Assembly: GCA_900548815.1 (NCBI GenBank)
Contig: URLR01000002.1
Span: 22,253-86,252, forward strand
Source of the DNA: an uncultured Collinsella sp.
GTDB taxonomy: Bacteria > Actinomycetota > Coriobacteriia > Coriobacteriales > Coriobacteriaceae
Length of the DNA: 64,000 nt
Reading direction: 5' to 3'
The position numbers were made by a program, and so were the translations under genes. Every line of letters starts with the position of its first letter. Within the stretch, counting starts at the first letter, position 1. This document shows, one piece after another, positions 41,773-51,525 of this stretch. Under the pieces are notes generated by a model that was not told where the DNA came from, ran no database searches, and was given only the letters and a program-made list of their open reading frames with translations.

Positions 41773-42060
41773 GTTGTGCTCCCTTCGACACAACGCTATC
41801 TGCGTTACCGCGAGTCTAGGGCCGCATATCCCGATCTTTGTTGCGCAACAATGCGGCAAAGCGGGCAAGCCGGTTGTTCAACAGCTTTCGACACAGTTCT
41901 GTCACATATGCAGTTGAGATTGATTCATTTTGCGAGGCGTTGCTAAATGCAGGCAAAGCCGTTTGGACGCCCCATCCCGCGCCCCGGAATCCGTTCCACT
42001 TGCCACGGTGTAGAGTAATAGCAGCAAGCGCAACGCGGCCCGTGCTAGAACGAGGTGGAC

Positions 42061-43200
42061 ATGGAACTCGACAAACAACAGCTCAAGCGATTGCGCGAGC
42101 GCCATCATCGGCGCCACGGCATCCGCCCTGCCCATAGCGAGGCGGCTGAGCAGGCAAGTCGCTTTTTGAAGCAGGCATTCAACATTCGCGAGGGCCGCGC
42201 GCCCTACCGCGTGATTCGCAAGCGCTTTGTAAACGGGGCGCGCCTGACCGGCTCTCACCTGTGCATCCTCATCATCGCCATGCTCATCGCGAGCATCGGC
42301 CTCGATATCGACTCGGACATTGCCATCGTGGGCGCCATGCTCATCTGCCCGCTCATGGGCTCGGTTCTTGCCATGGCATACGGTATTGCTACGCTTGACC
42401 GCGAGATTGCCGTCGAGGCCGTCGCCGGCCTCGCGCTGCAGATGGTCTTTTGCCTGGTCACGTCCACGCTGTACTTTAAGCTCTCGCCCCTTGGCACCAC
42501 CACTGCCGCCATCATCGACAACTCGACACCCACCGTATGGGACCTTGCAGTCGCGCTCGCGGGCGGCTTTGCGGGCGGGCTGGGCAACTCGCGCGACCAG
42601 GAACCCGCCACGCTCATCGCCGGCGTGGCCGTGGCGACCGCGCTCATGCCGCCCCTGTGCGCGGCTGGTTACGGCATCGCCATTGCGAGCGGGTCGCTGT
42701 TCCTCTCGGCCCTCTACGAGTTTGGCATCAACGTGGTCTTTATCGCGCTGGCCGCCGAAGCCGTGCTGCTTCTTTTGCGCGTGCCGCTCAAGCGCGACCT
42801 CAACGGCGACGGCATTGTAACTGCCGAGGAAAATGCCGAGGTCGATGAGCTGTCGCGCAAGGTGCGCCGCCGTATCATTGTGGGCACGGTGATCTTTGCC
42901 ATCCCCTGCATCGTTATGACGGCTGGCTCCATTGGCTCGGCGCAGGCCGGCGTGCAAGACGGCTACGACGTCACCGAAACTACGCGCGAGCTTGCCGCGG
43001 TGCTGCCGGGCTTTAAGGACTACACCGTCGCCGTCGAGACCTCGGCTACCGAAGGCGAGGAGGAGGGTATCGTCGAGCGCGAGATTGTCGCCCATGTGAC
43101 GACAAGCGAGGCGCTTGGGGCACACGACCGTCACGTCGCCCGCAAGCTCATCGACCTCAACGTGCCCGAGCTCGATCGCGTGGAGTTTGACGTGAAGTAA
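42061..43200 (+). CDS. DUF389 family membrane protein
   Basis: IASIGL, IVGAMLICPLMG, GVAVATALMPPLC. Confidence 0.9.
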   Translation: MELDKQQLKRLRERHHRRHGIRPAHSEAAEQASRFLKQAFNIREGRAPYRVIRKRFVNGARLTGSHLCILIIAMLIASIGLDIDSDIAIVGAMLICPLMGSVLAMAYGIATLDREIAVEAVAGLALQMVFCLVTSTLYFKLSPLGTTTAAIIDNSTPTVWDLAVALAGGFAGGLGNSRDQEPATLIAGVAVATALMPPLCAAGYGIAIASGSLFLSALYEFGINVVFIALAAEAVLLLLRVPLKRDLNGDGIVTAEENAEVDELSRKVRRRIIVGTVIFAIPCIVMTAGSIGSAQAGVQDGYDVTETTRELAAVLPGFKDYTVAVETSATEGEEEGIVEREIVAHVTTSEALGAHDRHVARKLIDLNVPELDRVEFDVK

Positions 43201-43325
43201 TGCCGGCGCGGGATGAGCGCTCGCACGGACGCAAGTTATGACGAGGCGCAGACGCGATACGGACACGAGCAAATAGCGGGGTTCAGTTCACACCCGCGCC
43301 CCGCTCGCCGTTTTATTGCCGTGAA

Positions 43326-43775
43326 TCAACTGGCCGGATCGACCTCGCCAGACTCCACCGTAAACGCCGGATCGGTGCCCACAAGATAAAATCGGGTCAC
43401 CTTAGTATTTCTAATTAGGTAAATCTGCCCCTGATTGCGTCGGCGCGACATATACGCCACGTGGACCGTACCGAATTCTTCGCCGTTTTCCCTCTTTAAC
43501 ACCAGGATATTGGGGTCGTCCATACGCTTAAACTGCCCGTCTGCGCAGATTCCGTCTTGGTCGACCAGCTGCCATCGACAGTTGTCCTCCTCAAGAAAAG
43601 CCAGGGTTTCCCGACTCGTTTTGTCATCCCGATAGTAACCATCAATGGCAAACCCTTCGGAAGCGCATTCCTGCATATAGGACGTTTCTCGGCTTATAGC
43701 AAACAGCCCTGTAGCGCCCAGGAGCACAGCCAGACAGACCACTGCAAGGGTTATCGAAATAGCACTGCGACCCAT
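43326..43775 (-). CDS. Hypothetical membrane-anchored/secreted protein
   Basis: 149-aa ORF with an N-terminal hydrophobic helix; lower GC than neighbours. Confidence 0.6.
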   Translation of the reverse strand: MGRSAISITLAVVCLAVLLGATGLFAISRETSYMQECASEGFAIDGYYRDDKTSRETLAFLEEDNCRWQLVDQDGICADGQFKRMDDPNILVLKRENGEEFGTVHVAYMSRRRNQGQIYLIRNTKVTRFYLVGTDPAFTVESGEVDPAS

Positions 43776-43965
43776 GTTAGCCCAACCGATAGTTGTTTAA
43801 CGGAGCGCGAAACATACCTGGAACCTCCGATATCAGGGGGAACGTCGCCAGCGGGCTGGCGACAACTATATGTTTCTGATATCAAAACATATGGCTGCTA
43901 CTCGCGGAGGGAATATCGGCGAGCGGCGTGTTTTCATACTCCATTGGTTAAACCTAAGCGCAGCG

Positions 43966-44436
43966 CTACAGCTCGTACTTGTACACGCGGTAGATGTACT
44001 TTTCGGCTTCCATCTCGTAGGTGGTGATGGCCAGACCGTACCGATCGTACTCGGTGAAGGTCTTGGCCTGGCCCGAAGCCACGAGCATACTATTCGAATC
44101 GCCAACGCGCTGTGCACTGCTCACATAGCCCGAAAACGGCACGGCGATCTGGTCCTCAAGCTCGTAGGTGCGCGCCGTCTCGTCCACTGTAAAGATGCGC
44201 CCAAACGAATGCGTGCCCTTGTTGTAGTCGGTCACCACCGCGGAGCCCAGCTGGCCCCAGTCGAACTTGGGATAGCTTTCGGCCGCACCAAAGTTGTTGT
44301 CGTACAGCAGCACCTAGTAGCGACCGGTCGTTGCCGTGTCAGAACTCGGCAGATACGTCACGCTGTGCTGGCCCGCGCTGAGCGAAAAATCGCCCTGGGC
44401 CTGCAGTAACTTGCCTTCAAAGCCCGAGCCGGCCCA
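43966..44436 (-). pseudogene. C-terminal relic of an aryl-sulfate sulfotransferase-like gene
   Basis: WAGSGFEGKLLQAQGDFSLSAGQHSVTY...RY*VLLYDNNFG...YVSSAQ...YIYRVYKYEL; in-frame TAG at 44314-44316; no N-terminal part. Confidence 0.65.
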
Positions 44437-44524
44437 TTGCCACTCCTTTCTATTTCTGGGTCCATCTTCTCACTGTTGGCGGCCGAAAATGATCCGTTTT
44501 CCTCCGTCCCCGAGGGATCATTTT

Positions 44525-45484
44525 TTAGTACTTGAAGAAGCCCTCGCCCGAGCTTTCGCCCAGCTTGCCTTCGTCGAGCATTTTCTTGAGGACGGAGGCC
44601 ATGGCCTTAAAGTTGTAGGGCATCATCATCTTCTTGAGCAGCGGGCTCACCAGGCCCGGGACCTTCTGATACTGCATGAGGATGTTGTAGGCCGTCTGGA
44701 TACCCACCGTGTCGAATACGCGGAACGGACCCTTGGGAGCGCCGGTGCCGCGCGTCCACGCGAGGTCGATGCTCTTGGGGTCACTCACGCCCGAGACATA
44801 CAGGTCTAGGCCCGAGAGCAGCCATGGCACCAACATGGAGTTGAGCAGGTAGCCGTTCTTTTCCTTGTTGACAGGAAGCGCCAGCATGCGAATGTCGTTG
44901 GCGAAGTCGACGAGCTCGTCGAAGTAGCGCTTGTCGGTCTGGTCCTGGGCCATGACCTCGGTCATGTTGTTCTTCCAGATAGAGTTGGCAAAGTGCAGCG
45001 ACAGGTACTTCTCGGGGCGGCCGGTGTACTTGGCAAAGGTGCTCGGCAGCAGCGTGGAAGAGTTGGTGACGATGACGGTCTTTTGCGGCAGAACCGGGGC
45101 GAGCTTCTTGTAGAAGTCGATCTTTGCCTGGGTGTCCTCGGCCATAGACTCGATGACCAGGTCGGCGTCGGCAACGGCCTTGGCAAGATCGAGCTCCAGC
45201 TTGAGCGTGGAGTAAGCACGCTCAACGGCGGCGAGTGCCGCTTCCTTGTCGAAGGGCTGGTCGCTGTCGGCGATACCGGCACACCACTCGCCCGTGCCGT
45301 CCGCCATGCCCTCGATTGCCGCGATATACTCCTCGCGCACATGATCGATCTTGGGCTGCGTGCGGCCGATACTGCCCTCGCTGCGCAGCCAAATCGTTAC
45401 ATCAAAGCCGCAGTAGGCAGCCTGAAAGGCAATCTGGCTTCCCAACACGCCGCCACCGGCAACACAAACGGTCTTGTAGCTCAT
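44525..45484 (-). CDS. 3-hydroxyacyl-CoA dehydrogenase
   Basis: GGGVLGSQIA, DLVIE, TNSST, LHFAN, GYLLNS, GPF, GEGFFKY. Confidence 0.92.
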   Translation of the reverse strand: MSYKTVCVAGGGVLGSQIAFQAAYCGFDVTIWLRSEGSIGRTQPKIDHVREEYIAAIEGMADGTGEWCAGIADSDQPFDKEAALAAVERAYSTLKLELDLAKAVADADLVIESMAEDTQAKIDFYKKLAPVLPQKTVIVTNSSTLLPSTFAKYTGRPEKYLSLHFANSIWKNNMTEVMAQDQTDKRYFDELVDFANDIRMLALPVNKEKNGYLLNSMLVPWLLSGLDLYVSGVSDPKSIDLAWTRGTGAPKGPFRVFDTVGIQTAYNILMQYQKVPGLVSPLLKKMMMPYNFKAMASVLKKMLDEGKLGESSGEGFFKY

Positions 45485-45653
45485 AGGGACGGTCCTCTCT
45501 TACGTAATTCCATAGATGTGTATTTATTCAACCGTAAGGGAAGTACGCGCTGGGGGTGGGTTCTATAAACGGACGGTAATTTGCGGCGAACGGCTACACC
45601 TGTTCATTAACTCTCGATTTTGAGGCCATTTTTTGGCGCTGCTGAACCGCTGT

Positions 45654-45783
45654 TTTCGGAAGTGCGGGGAAAAATCGGGGTTCGCCGACCAGACCGGCGT
45701 TTTTTACAACAAAACTGCAGGTCACGAGAGTCTAAAAAGGCGGTGTGCTCGGGAGGTTCGTGTTTTTCCCCGCACTTCCGAAA
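45654..45783. repeat. Element with perfect 21-bp inverted repeats
   Basis: TTTCGGAAGTGCGGGGAAAAA (45654-45674) / TTTTTCCCCGCACTTCCGAAA (45763-45783). Confidence 0.85.
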
Positions 45784-45835
45784 TTCGAGTCCACAGAAGG
45801 CTGCGACAAAACGATTTACGCAACATATGTCCAGC

Positions 45836-45872
45836 AAAAACGGGTGGTAGCCGGTACGGCTACCACCCGTTT
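45836..45872 (-). terminator. Intrinsic terminator of the activase gene
   Basis: AAACGGGTGGTAGCC / GGCTACCACCCGTTT with an A-run on the + strand. Confidence 0.8.
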
Positions 45873-45900
45873 GTCTCATATCTAGCCCAAAGCAGGCCAG

Positions 45901-48900
45901 TTACTTCTTAATGCCGCGTCCCAGGCGCTCAGCGACCGACGCCACGGCGCTCTCGTCGACCGAGCCGCAGCTCACGCAGCCGTCATGGGCACGCATCTGG
46001 CCGGTGACCTCGTCCATCGCGAGCGGTGCCACCTTCTCGAGCTTAAAGCCCTTGCCGGCGCGCATGTTCTCCTTGGCCACGCTAATCATGAGCTTAATGC
46101 GGTTGAGCTGGTTGACCTCGGATGCACCGGGGTCGTAGTCCACCGCAACAATGTTGCTCTCGGGGTGCTGGCGGCGCAGCTCCTTGATCACGGCCTTACC
46201 CACCACGTGGTTGGGCAGGCACGCGAAGGGCTGTGTGCAGATGATGTTAGGCGCGCCATGATCGATCAAGTCGAGCATCTCGGCCGTGAGCAGCCAGCCT
46301 TCGCCCATGTTGTTGCACACCGAAAGCACCGTGCGGGCCTTATCGGCCATGGTGCCGATGCGCTCGGGCGCCTCAAAGCGGCGGGACTTCTCGAGCATCT
46401 CCTCCACCGGCGTACGCATCCAGTCCACCAGCTTGATGAGCGCCTGCATGCCCGCACGCGTGGTAGCAGAGCTTCCCAGCTCGTCCTTCTGCAGCTCGGC
46501 GTTACTCATGGAGTACAGGAAGAAGTCGAGCAGACCCGGCACCACGGCCTCGCAGCCCTCGCGCTCGATCACGTCGACCACATGGTTGTTGGCCGTAGGG
46601 TGGAACTTGACCAGGATCTCGCCGACCACACCCACGCGCGGCTTGGTGCCCTCGCCCACGAGCGGCATGGTGTCGAACGCGCGGATGGCTTCGCGGCACA
46701 GCTTGGTGTAGTTGTGCCTGTTGAACTTAGGCGCCAGCTTGCGGGCACGCGCCATGTATTCCTCGTAGAGTGCGTTGGCAGCACCGGGCGTGGCCTCGTA
46801 CGGGCGGCAACGGTAGAGCATCTGCATCATCACGTCGCCAAAGAGCACCGCGTAGACCGCCTGCTTAAGCAGCGCCGGCGTAACCTTAAAGCCGGGGTTG
46901 TCCTCGCCCAGCGCCACGGCCGAAAGCGAGATTACCGGAATCTCGGGGTGGCCGCTCTCGCGCAGCGCCTTGCGAATGAGCGCGATGTAGTTGGTGGCGC
47001 GGCAGCCGCCGCCGGTCTGGCTGATAACCACGGCCGTCTTGGACAGGTCATATCGACCGCTCTCGATGGCCTCCATGATCTGGCCCGTCACCAGGATCGA
47101 CGGGTAGCAAATGTCGTTGTTCACGTAGCGCAGGCCGGCCTCGACGGCGTCGTGATCGGTCGAGGGCAGCAGCTCCAAGTTGTAGCCAGCACCGCGGAAC
47201 ACCTCTTTGACCAGGTCAAAGTGGATCGGCGCCATCTGCGGGCACAGGATGGTGTAGCCCTCCTCGCGCATCTGCTCGGTAAAGGGCACCTTGGGCCACG
47301 CGGTCGATGCGCTCTCACGCTGCGCCTCGAACGTGTACTTGCGGCTCGCGAACGCGGGGGCGTCCGTGGAGGGCGCCACCGGCGCGGCATCGCCCTGCTC
47401 GTAGGCCTCGCCCGCGGCCGTGGCCTCGGCCAAGCGCTCGGCCTCCTGGTCCTTAAGCGCGGCCATGAGCGAGCGGATGCGGATGCGCGCGGCGCCCAGG
47501 TTGGACACCTCGTCGATCTTGAGCACGGTGTAGATCTTGCCGCTGGCCTCCAGAATCTCCTGCACCTGGTCGGTGGTCAGAGCGTCCAGGCCGCAGCCGA
47601 AAGAGTTGAGCTGAATCAGGTCCAGGTCGTTGCGCATCGTCACAAAACGGGCGACGGCGTACAGGCGGCTGTGGTACATCCACTGGTCGACGACGCGAAT
47701 CGGACGCTCGGGCTTCACGAGATGCGCAAGCGAATCCTCGGTAAAGACCGCAAAGCCAAAGCTCGAGATAAGCTCAGGCAGGGCGTGGTTGATCTCGGGG
47801 TCGTTATGGTAAGGACGGCCGGCGAGTACGATGCCATGGCCGCCGTGGTCCTCGACCCACTTAAGGGCCTCCTCGCCCATGGTCTGGATATCCTCGTGGA
47901 AGCGCGCATCGGCCTCAAAAGCAGCGTTGACGGCGGCATCGACCTCGGAGCGTGTGATCTTTGGACCGCGCACGCGACCGCGACCGGCTTGCGCATCGGC
48001 CACGCGGTCGACGGCGAGCACCTGGTACAGGCGGCGCTTGAGCTCGGTCTTGTCGTGATAGGGCACAAACGGGTACAGGAACTCGATGTTCTGCTCGCGG
48101 ATCTCATCGATGTTGAGCGCCAGCGCCGTGGGGTAACTCATGACGATGGGGCAGTTGTAGCAGTTACCGGCGGTCGGGTCCTCCTTGCGCTCCCAGCGCA
48201 CGCACGGCATCCAAATGAAGTCGACATCGCGGTCGATAAGGTTCATCACATGGCCGTGGCTCATCTTTGCCGGGTAGCACACGCTCTCGGACGGCATGGA
48301 CTCGATGCCCGCCTGGTAGGTCTTTTTGCTCGACTGGTCGGACAGCTGCACGCTAAAGCCCAGGCGCGTAAAGAACGCGTGCCAGAAGGGGTAGTTCTCG
48401 TACATGTTGAGTGCGCGAGGGATACCCACGGTGCCGCGCGGGGCCTCGTCGGGGCTCAGCACCTCGCGGTTAAAGAGCAGCTCGTTTTTCTTTTTGAAGA
48501 GGTTGGGCGCCTCGGTCTTCTGCTTTTTGTGGCCGGCGCCCTTCTCGCAGCGATTGCCGGTAATGAAGCGCCTGCCGCCGCCAAAGTCGTTGACGGTAAG
48601 CTGGCAGTTGTTGGAGCAACGGCCGCAGCGGACATGCTTTTGCGTCACGGTGAGGTGCGCGATGTCCTCAGCCGAGAGGATGGTCGAGGTGCCGTCGGCG
48701 CCAGCGCGATCGCGGGCGAGCAGGGCCGCGCCGTAGGCGCCCATGCAGCCGGCGATGTCGGGACGCACGGCATGAACGCCGGTGAGCTGCTCAAACGCGC
48801 GCAGCGTGGCATCGGACATAAAGGTGCCGCCTTGGACGATCACCTGGCTGCCGATCTCCTTGGGGTCGCGCAGCTTAATGACCTTGAACAGGGCATTCTT

Positions 48901-50682
48901 GATGACGGAATAGGACAGGCCGGCCGCGATGTCGCCCACCGTGGCGCCTTCCTTTTGCGCCTGCTTGACGCGCGAGTTCATAAAGACCGTGCAGCGGCTG
49001 CCCAGGTCGACGGGGGCCTTGGCATGGATGGCAGCGTTGGCGAACGCGCGCACGTCCATGTTCATAGACACGGCGAAGCTCTCGATAAAGCTGCCGCAGC
49101 CCGACGAGCAGGCCTCGTTGAGCATGATGTGCTCGATGACGCCGTCCTTGACGCGCAGGCACTTCATGTCTTGGCCGCCGATGTCCAGAATGAACTCGAC
49201 GCCAGGCAGGAACGCCTTGGCGCCGCGCAGGTGCGCGACGGTCTCGATCTCGCCGGAGTCGGCCTTGAGAGCCTCGATGAGCAACGCCTCGCCGTAGCCC
49301 GTGGTAGTCACGTGGCCGATGGTGCAGCCGGCGGGGATGTGGTTGTAGAAATCGGCCATGATGACCTTGGCCGTGCCCAGGATGTCGCCGTTGTTGTTGC
49401 CGTACCAGGTATGCAGCAGCTGGCCGTCCTCGCCCACGAGCGCGGCCTTCATGGTGGTGGAGCCGGCGTCGATGCCGATGAACACGCGTCCGGTGTAGCC
49501 GTCGAGCTTGCCCTTGGGAACGACTTCCTGGTCGTGGCGGGTCTTGAACTCGGCAAAGTCCTCGTCGGTGGCAAAGAGCGGATCCAGACGCTCGACCTCG
49601 GCACCCTGTGTGTCACCCAGGGCATCGATGGCCTCGATGAGCTGCGGGAACGTGCTGAGCTTGTTGGACTCATGCGCCATGGCGGCGCCGCTCGCCACAA
49701 ACAGGTGAGCGTTTTGGGGCACGATACGGTGCTCCTCGTCCAGATTGAGCGTGAGGTAGAAGCGGTGGCGCAGCTCGGAGAGATACTGCAGCGGACCGCC
49801 CAGGAAGGCGACGTTGCCGCGGATGGGACGGCCGCACGCCAGGCCCGAGATGGTCTGGGTCACGACAGCCTGGAAGATGGAGGCGGCCACGTCCTCGGGG
49901 CGGGCGCCCTCGTTGAGCAGCGGCTGCACGTCGGTCTTGGCAAAAACGCCGCAGCGGCTGGCGATGGGATAGATGGTGGTGGCGTTGGCCGCGAGCTCGT
50001 TGAGGCCGCTGGCGTCGGTGTGCAGCAGGGTTGCCATCTGGTCGATGAACGCACCCGTGCCGCCGGCGCAGGTGCCGTTCATGCGCTGCTCGATGCCGTT
50101 ATCGAAGTAGATGATCTTGGCGTCCTCGCCGCCCAGCTCGATGGCGACGTCGGTGGCCGGGATGAGGGTCTCGACGGCACGCTTGCTGGCGATGACCTCC
50201 TGGACAAACTCCAGGTCGAGCCACTGGGACAGCAGAAGGCCGCCCGAGCCGGTAATGGCGCAGGTCATCTGGGCCGTCGGCAGCACGGTCGCAGCGCCCT
50301 CGAACAGGTCGCGGGCACAAGCGCGGACGTCGGTGTGGTGGCGCTGGTACTTGGCGTAGACGATCTGGTTGTCGTCGTTGAGCACGGCGAGCTTAACGGT
50401 GGTGGAGCCCACGTCGATGCCCAGGTGCAGGTTGCCGCGGGCGGCCTCGGGGTTGAAGATCGCGCCTTCGGGGGCCTGGGCGGCGGCTACGGGCTCAGCG
50501 GCGGTGGCGGGCTCGCTGACGACGGAAGTCTCCCCTGCCACGTTCTTGGCATCGGCAACTGCCTCGGCAACTTTCTCGGCAGCCGCGGTCGCGGCCTTCT
50601 GCGCGGCGTCCACCACGGCGGGCGCGGCCTCGCGTGCGGCAGCGACCATGCGGTCCTTGATGCCCTCGACGAGTTTGCTCAT
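45901..50682 (-). CDS. 2-hydroxyacyl-CoA dehydratase activase-like multidomain protein (two BadF/BcrAD ATPase domains + DUF2229/dehydratase-like region)
   Basis: GIDVGSTT..ELGGEDAK..MNGTCAGGTG..SRCGVF; GIDAGSTT..DIGGQDMK..NEACSSGCG..SRCTVF; CGRCSNNC; VCYPAK; NSFGCGLD; NNDICYP; QPFACLPNH. Confidence 0.9.
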   Translation of the reverse strand: MSKLVEGIKDRMVAAAREAAPAVVDAAQKAATAAAEKVAEAVADAKNVAGETSVVSEPATAAEPVAAAQAPEGAIFNPEAARGNLHLGIDVGSTTVKLAVLNDDNQIVYAKYQRHHTDVRACARDLFEGAATVLPTAQMTCAITGSGGLLLSQWLDLEFVQEVIASKRAVETLIPATDVAIELGGEDAKIIYFDNGIEQRMNGTCAGGTGAFIDQMATLLHTDASGLNELAANATTIYPIASRCGVFAKTDVQPLLNEGARPEDVAASIFQAVVTQTISGLACGRPIRGNVAFLGGPLQYLSELRHRFYLTLNLDEEHRIVPQNAHLFVASGAAMAHESNKLSTFPQLIEAIDALGDTQGAEVERLDPLFATDEDFAEFKTRHDQEVVPKGKLDGYTGRVFIGIDAGSTTMKAALVGEDGQLLHTWYGNNNGDILGTAKVIMADFYNHIPAGCTIGHVTTTGYGEALLIEALKADSGEIETVAHLRGAKAFLPGVEFILDIGGQDMKCLRVKDGVIEHIMLNEACSSGCGSFIESFAVSMNMDVRAFANAAIHAKAPVDLGSRCTVFMNSRVKQAQKEGATVGDIAAGLSYSVIKNALFKVIKLRDPKEIGSQVIVQGGTFMSDATLRAFEQLTGVHAVRPDIAGCMGAYGAALLARDRAGADGTSTILSAEDIAHLTVTQKHVRCGRCSNNCQLTVNDFGGGRRFITGNRCEKGAGHKKQKTEAPNLFKKKNELLFNREVLSPDEAPRGTVGIPRALNMYENYPFWHAFFTRLGFSVQLSDQSSKKTYQAGIESMPSESVCYPAKMSHGHVMNLIDRDVDFIWMPCVRWERKEDPTAGNCYNCPIVMSYPTALALNIDEIREQNIEFLYPFVPYHDKTELKRRLYQVLAVDRVADAQAGRGRVRGPKITRSEVDAAVNAAFEADARFHEDIQTMGEEALKWVEDHGGHGIVLAGRPYHNDPEINHALPELISSFGFAVFTEDSLAHLVKPERPIRVVDQWMYHSRLYAVARFVTMRNDLDLIQLNSFGCGLDALTTDQVQEILEASGKIYTVLKIDEVSNLGAARIRIRSLMAALKDQEAERLAEATAAGEAYEQGDAAPVAPSTDAPAFASRKYTFEAQRESASTAWPKVPFTEQMREEGYTILCPQMAPIHFDLVKEVFRGAGYNLELLPSTDHDAVEAGLRYVNNDICYPSILVTGQIMEAIESGRYDLSKTAVVISQTGGGCRATNYIALIRKALRESGHPEIPVISLSAVALGEDNPGFKVTPALLKQAVYAVLFGDVMMQMLYRCRPYEATPGAANALYEEYMARARKLAPKFNRHNYTKLCREAIRAFDTMPLVGEGTKPRVGVVGEILVKFHPTANNHVVDVIEREGCEAVVPGLLDFFLYSMSNAELQKDELGSSATTRAGMQALIKLVDWMRTPVEEMLEKSRRFEAPERIGTMADKARTVLSVCNNMGEGWLLTAEMLDLIDHGAPNIICTQPFACLPNHVVGKAVIKELRRQHPESNIVAVDYDPGASEVNQLNRIKLMISVAKENMRAGKGFKLEKVAPLAMDEVTGQMRAHDGCVSCGSVDESAVASVAERLGRGIKK

Positions 50683-50693
50683 TGTCTCTCCTC

Positions 50694-51404
50694 TTAGTTG
50701 TTGGACTCGACGGTTGCGGTGGTGTCGACCGCGTCCTCGAGCTGCAGATTCAATAGCTTCATGCCGTATTCCGGCACGTTGATATCGATGGGTTGGCCAT
50801 ACAGGTCACCAGGGCGCACAAAAGCGAGCACCGTCATAATGCGCGCCATGGCCTCGGGCGATTCGGTGAGCCCACGCTCAAACCAGCGCTGAATCATGCC
50901 GACCTCGGCGCTCACGACGTAGGTAACGTAGTAGTCAAAGAACGTACCCAGCGCCAGGCCCAAAATGCCCGTCTGCGCACGCGGCACCACAGCCTCACGA
51001 GCGGTGTCGATGATCCTTTTAATGAAGGCCTGGTCGCCGCCCGGACCCAGCAGCGCACCGATTAAGTCGCGGTTGGCCGCAAGATAACGCAGTAGCTCAA
51101 CCGAACCGGGCGCCGGCTCGAGCTCATCGATGTTGTGATAGAGATCGGGCAGCTGAGCTGCGGTGATGAGCTCAATGCGCTCACGGATCTCGGCCAGCAA
51201 GCCGTCCTCGATTTGATTGATAAAGTCGGGAATATCACGGTAGTGCGAATAGAACGTGCGGCGCGTAAGGCCAGCGCGCTCGGTGAGCGACGCGACGTTA
51301 ATGCGCGAAAGGTCGCCGCTTTCGGCAAGCTCGCCGGCAAGTGCCTGGCGAAGGGCACGCTGCGAGCGAAGGGACCGGCGATCACATTTCTCGAGCTGGG
51401 ACAA
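50694..51404 (-). CDS. TetR/AcrR family regulator
   Basis: DRRSLRS..INVASLTERAGLTRRTFYSHYRD; W..G..ESPEAMA C-terminus. Confidence 0.92.
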   Translation of the reverse strand: MSQLEKCDRRSLRSQRALRQALAGELAESGDLSRINVASLTERAGLTRRTFYSHYRDIPDFINQIEDGLLAEIRERIELITAAQLPDLYHNIDELEPAPGSVELLRYLAANRDLIGALLGPGGDQAFIKRIIDTAREAVVPRAQTGILGLALGTFFDYYVTYVVSAEVGMIQRWFERGLTESPEAMARIMTVLAFVRPGDLYGQPIDINVPEYGMKLLNLQLEDAVDTTATVESNN

Positions 51405-51425
51405 GCGTCCTCCTTGTTACTCAGC

Positions 51426-51470
51426 CTGTGCGCTATTGCACAGTGCGAGTATTATTGCACACCGTGTGCA
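51426..51470. promoter_or_regulatory. Candidate TetR operator palindromes
   Basis: TGCACAC-C-GTGTGCA (51456-51470) and CTGTGC-N6-GCACAG (51426-51443) just upstream of tetR. Confidence 0.5.
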
Positions 51471-51525
51471 TCAACACGTAAAGGCAATATTTTGGATGTG
51501 ACGAAAGGGCAGTCCCTTTGCCACA

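Noticed and set aside
43866..43937. Small ORF MKTRRSPIFPPRVAAICFDIRNI
   Set aside because: Very short, within a decayed region, and no recognisable homology.
45985..50697. 1570-aa + strand ORF (also 19739-21394, 38278-40035, 52984-54240, 56185-57852, 61896-63278)
   Set aside because: Antisense shadows of well-supported genes caused by high-GC codon bias; no recognisable motifs.
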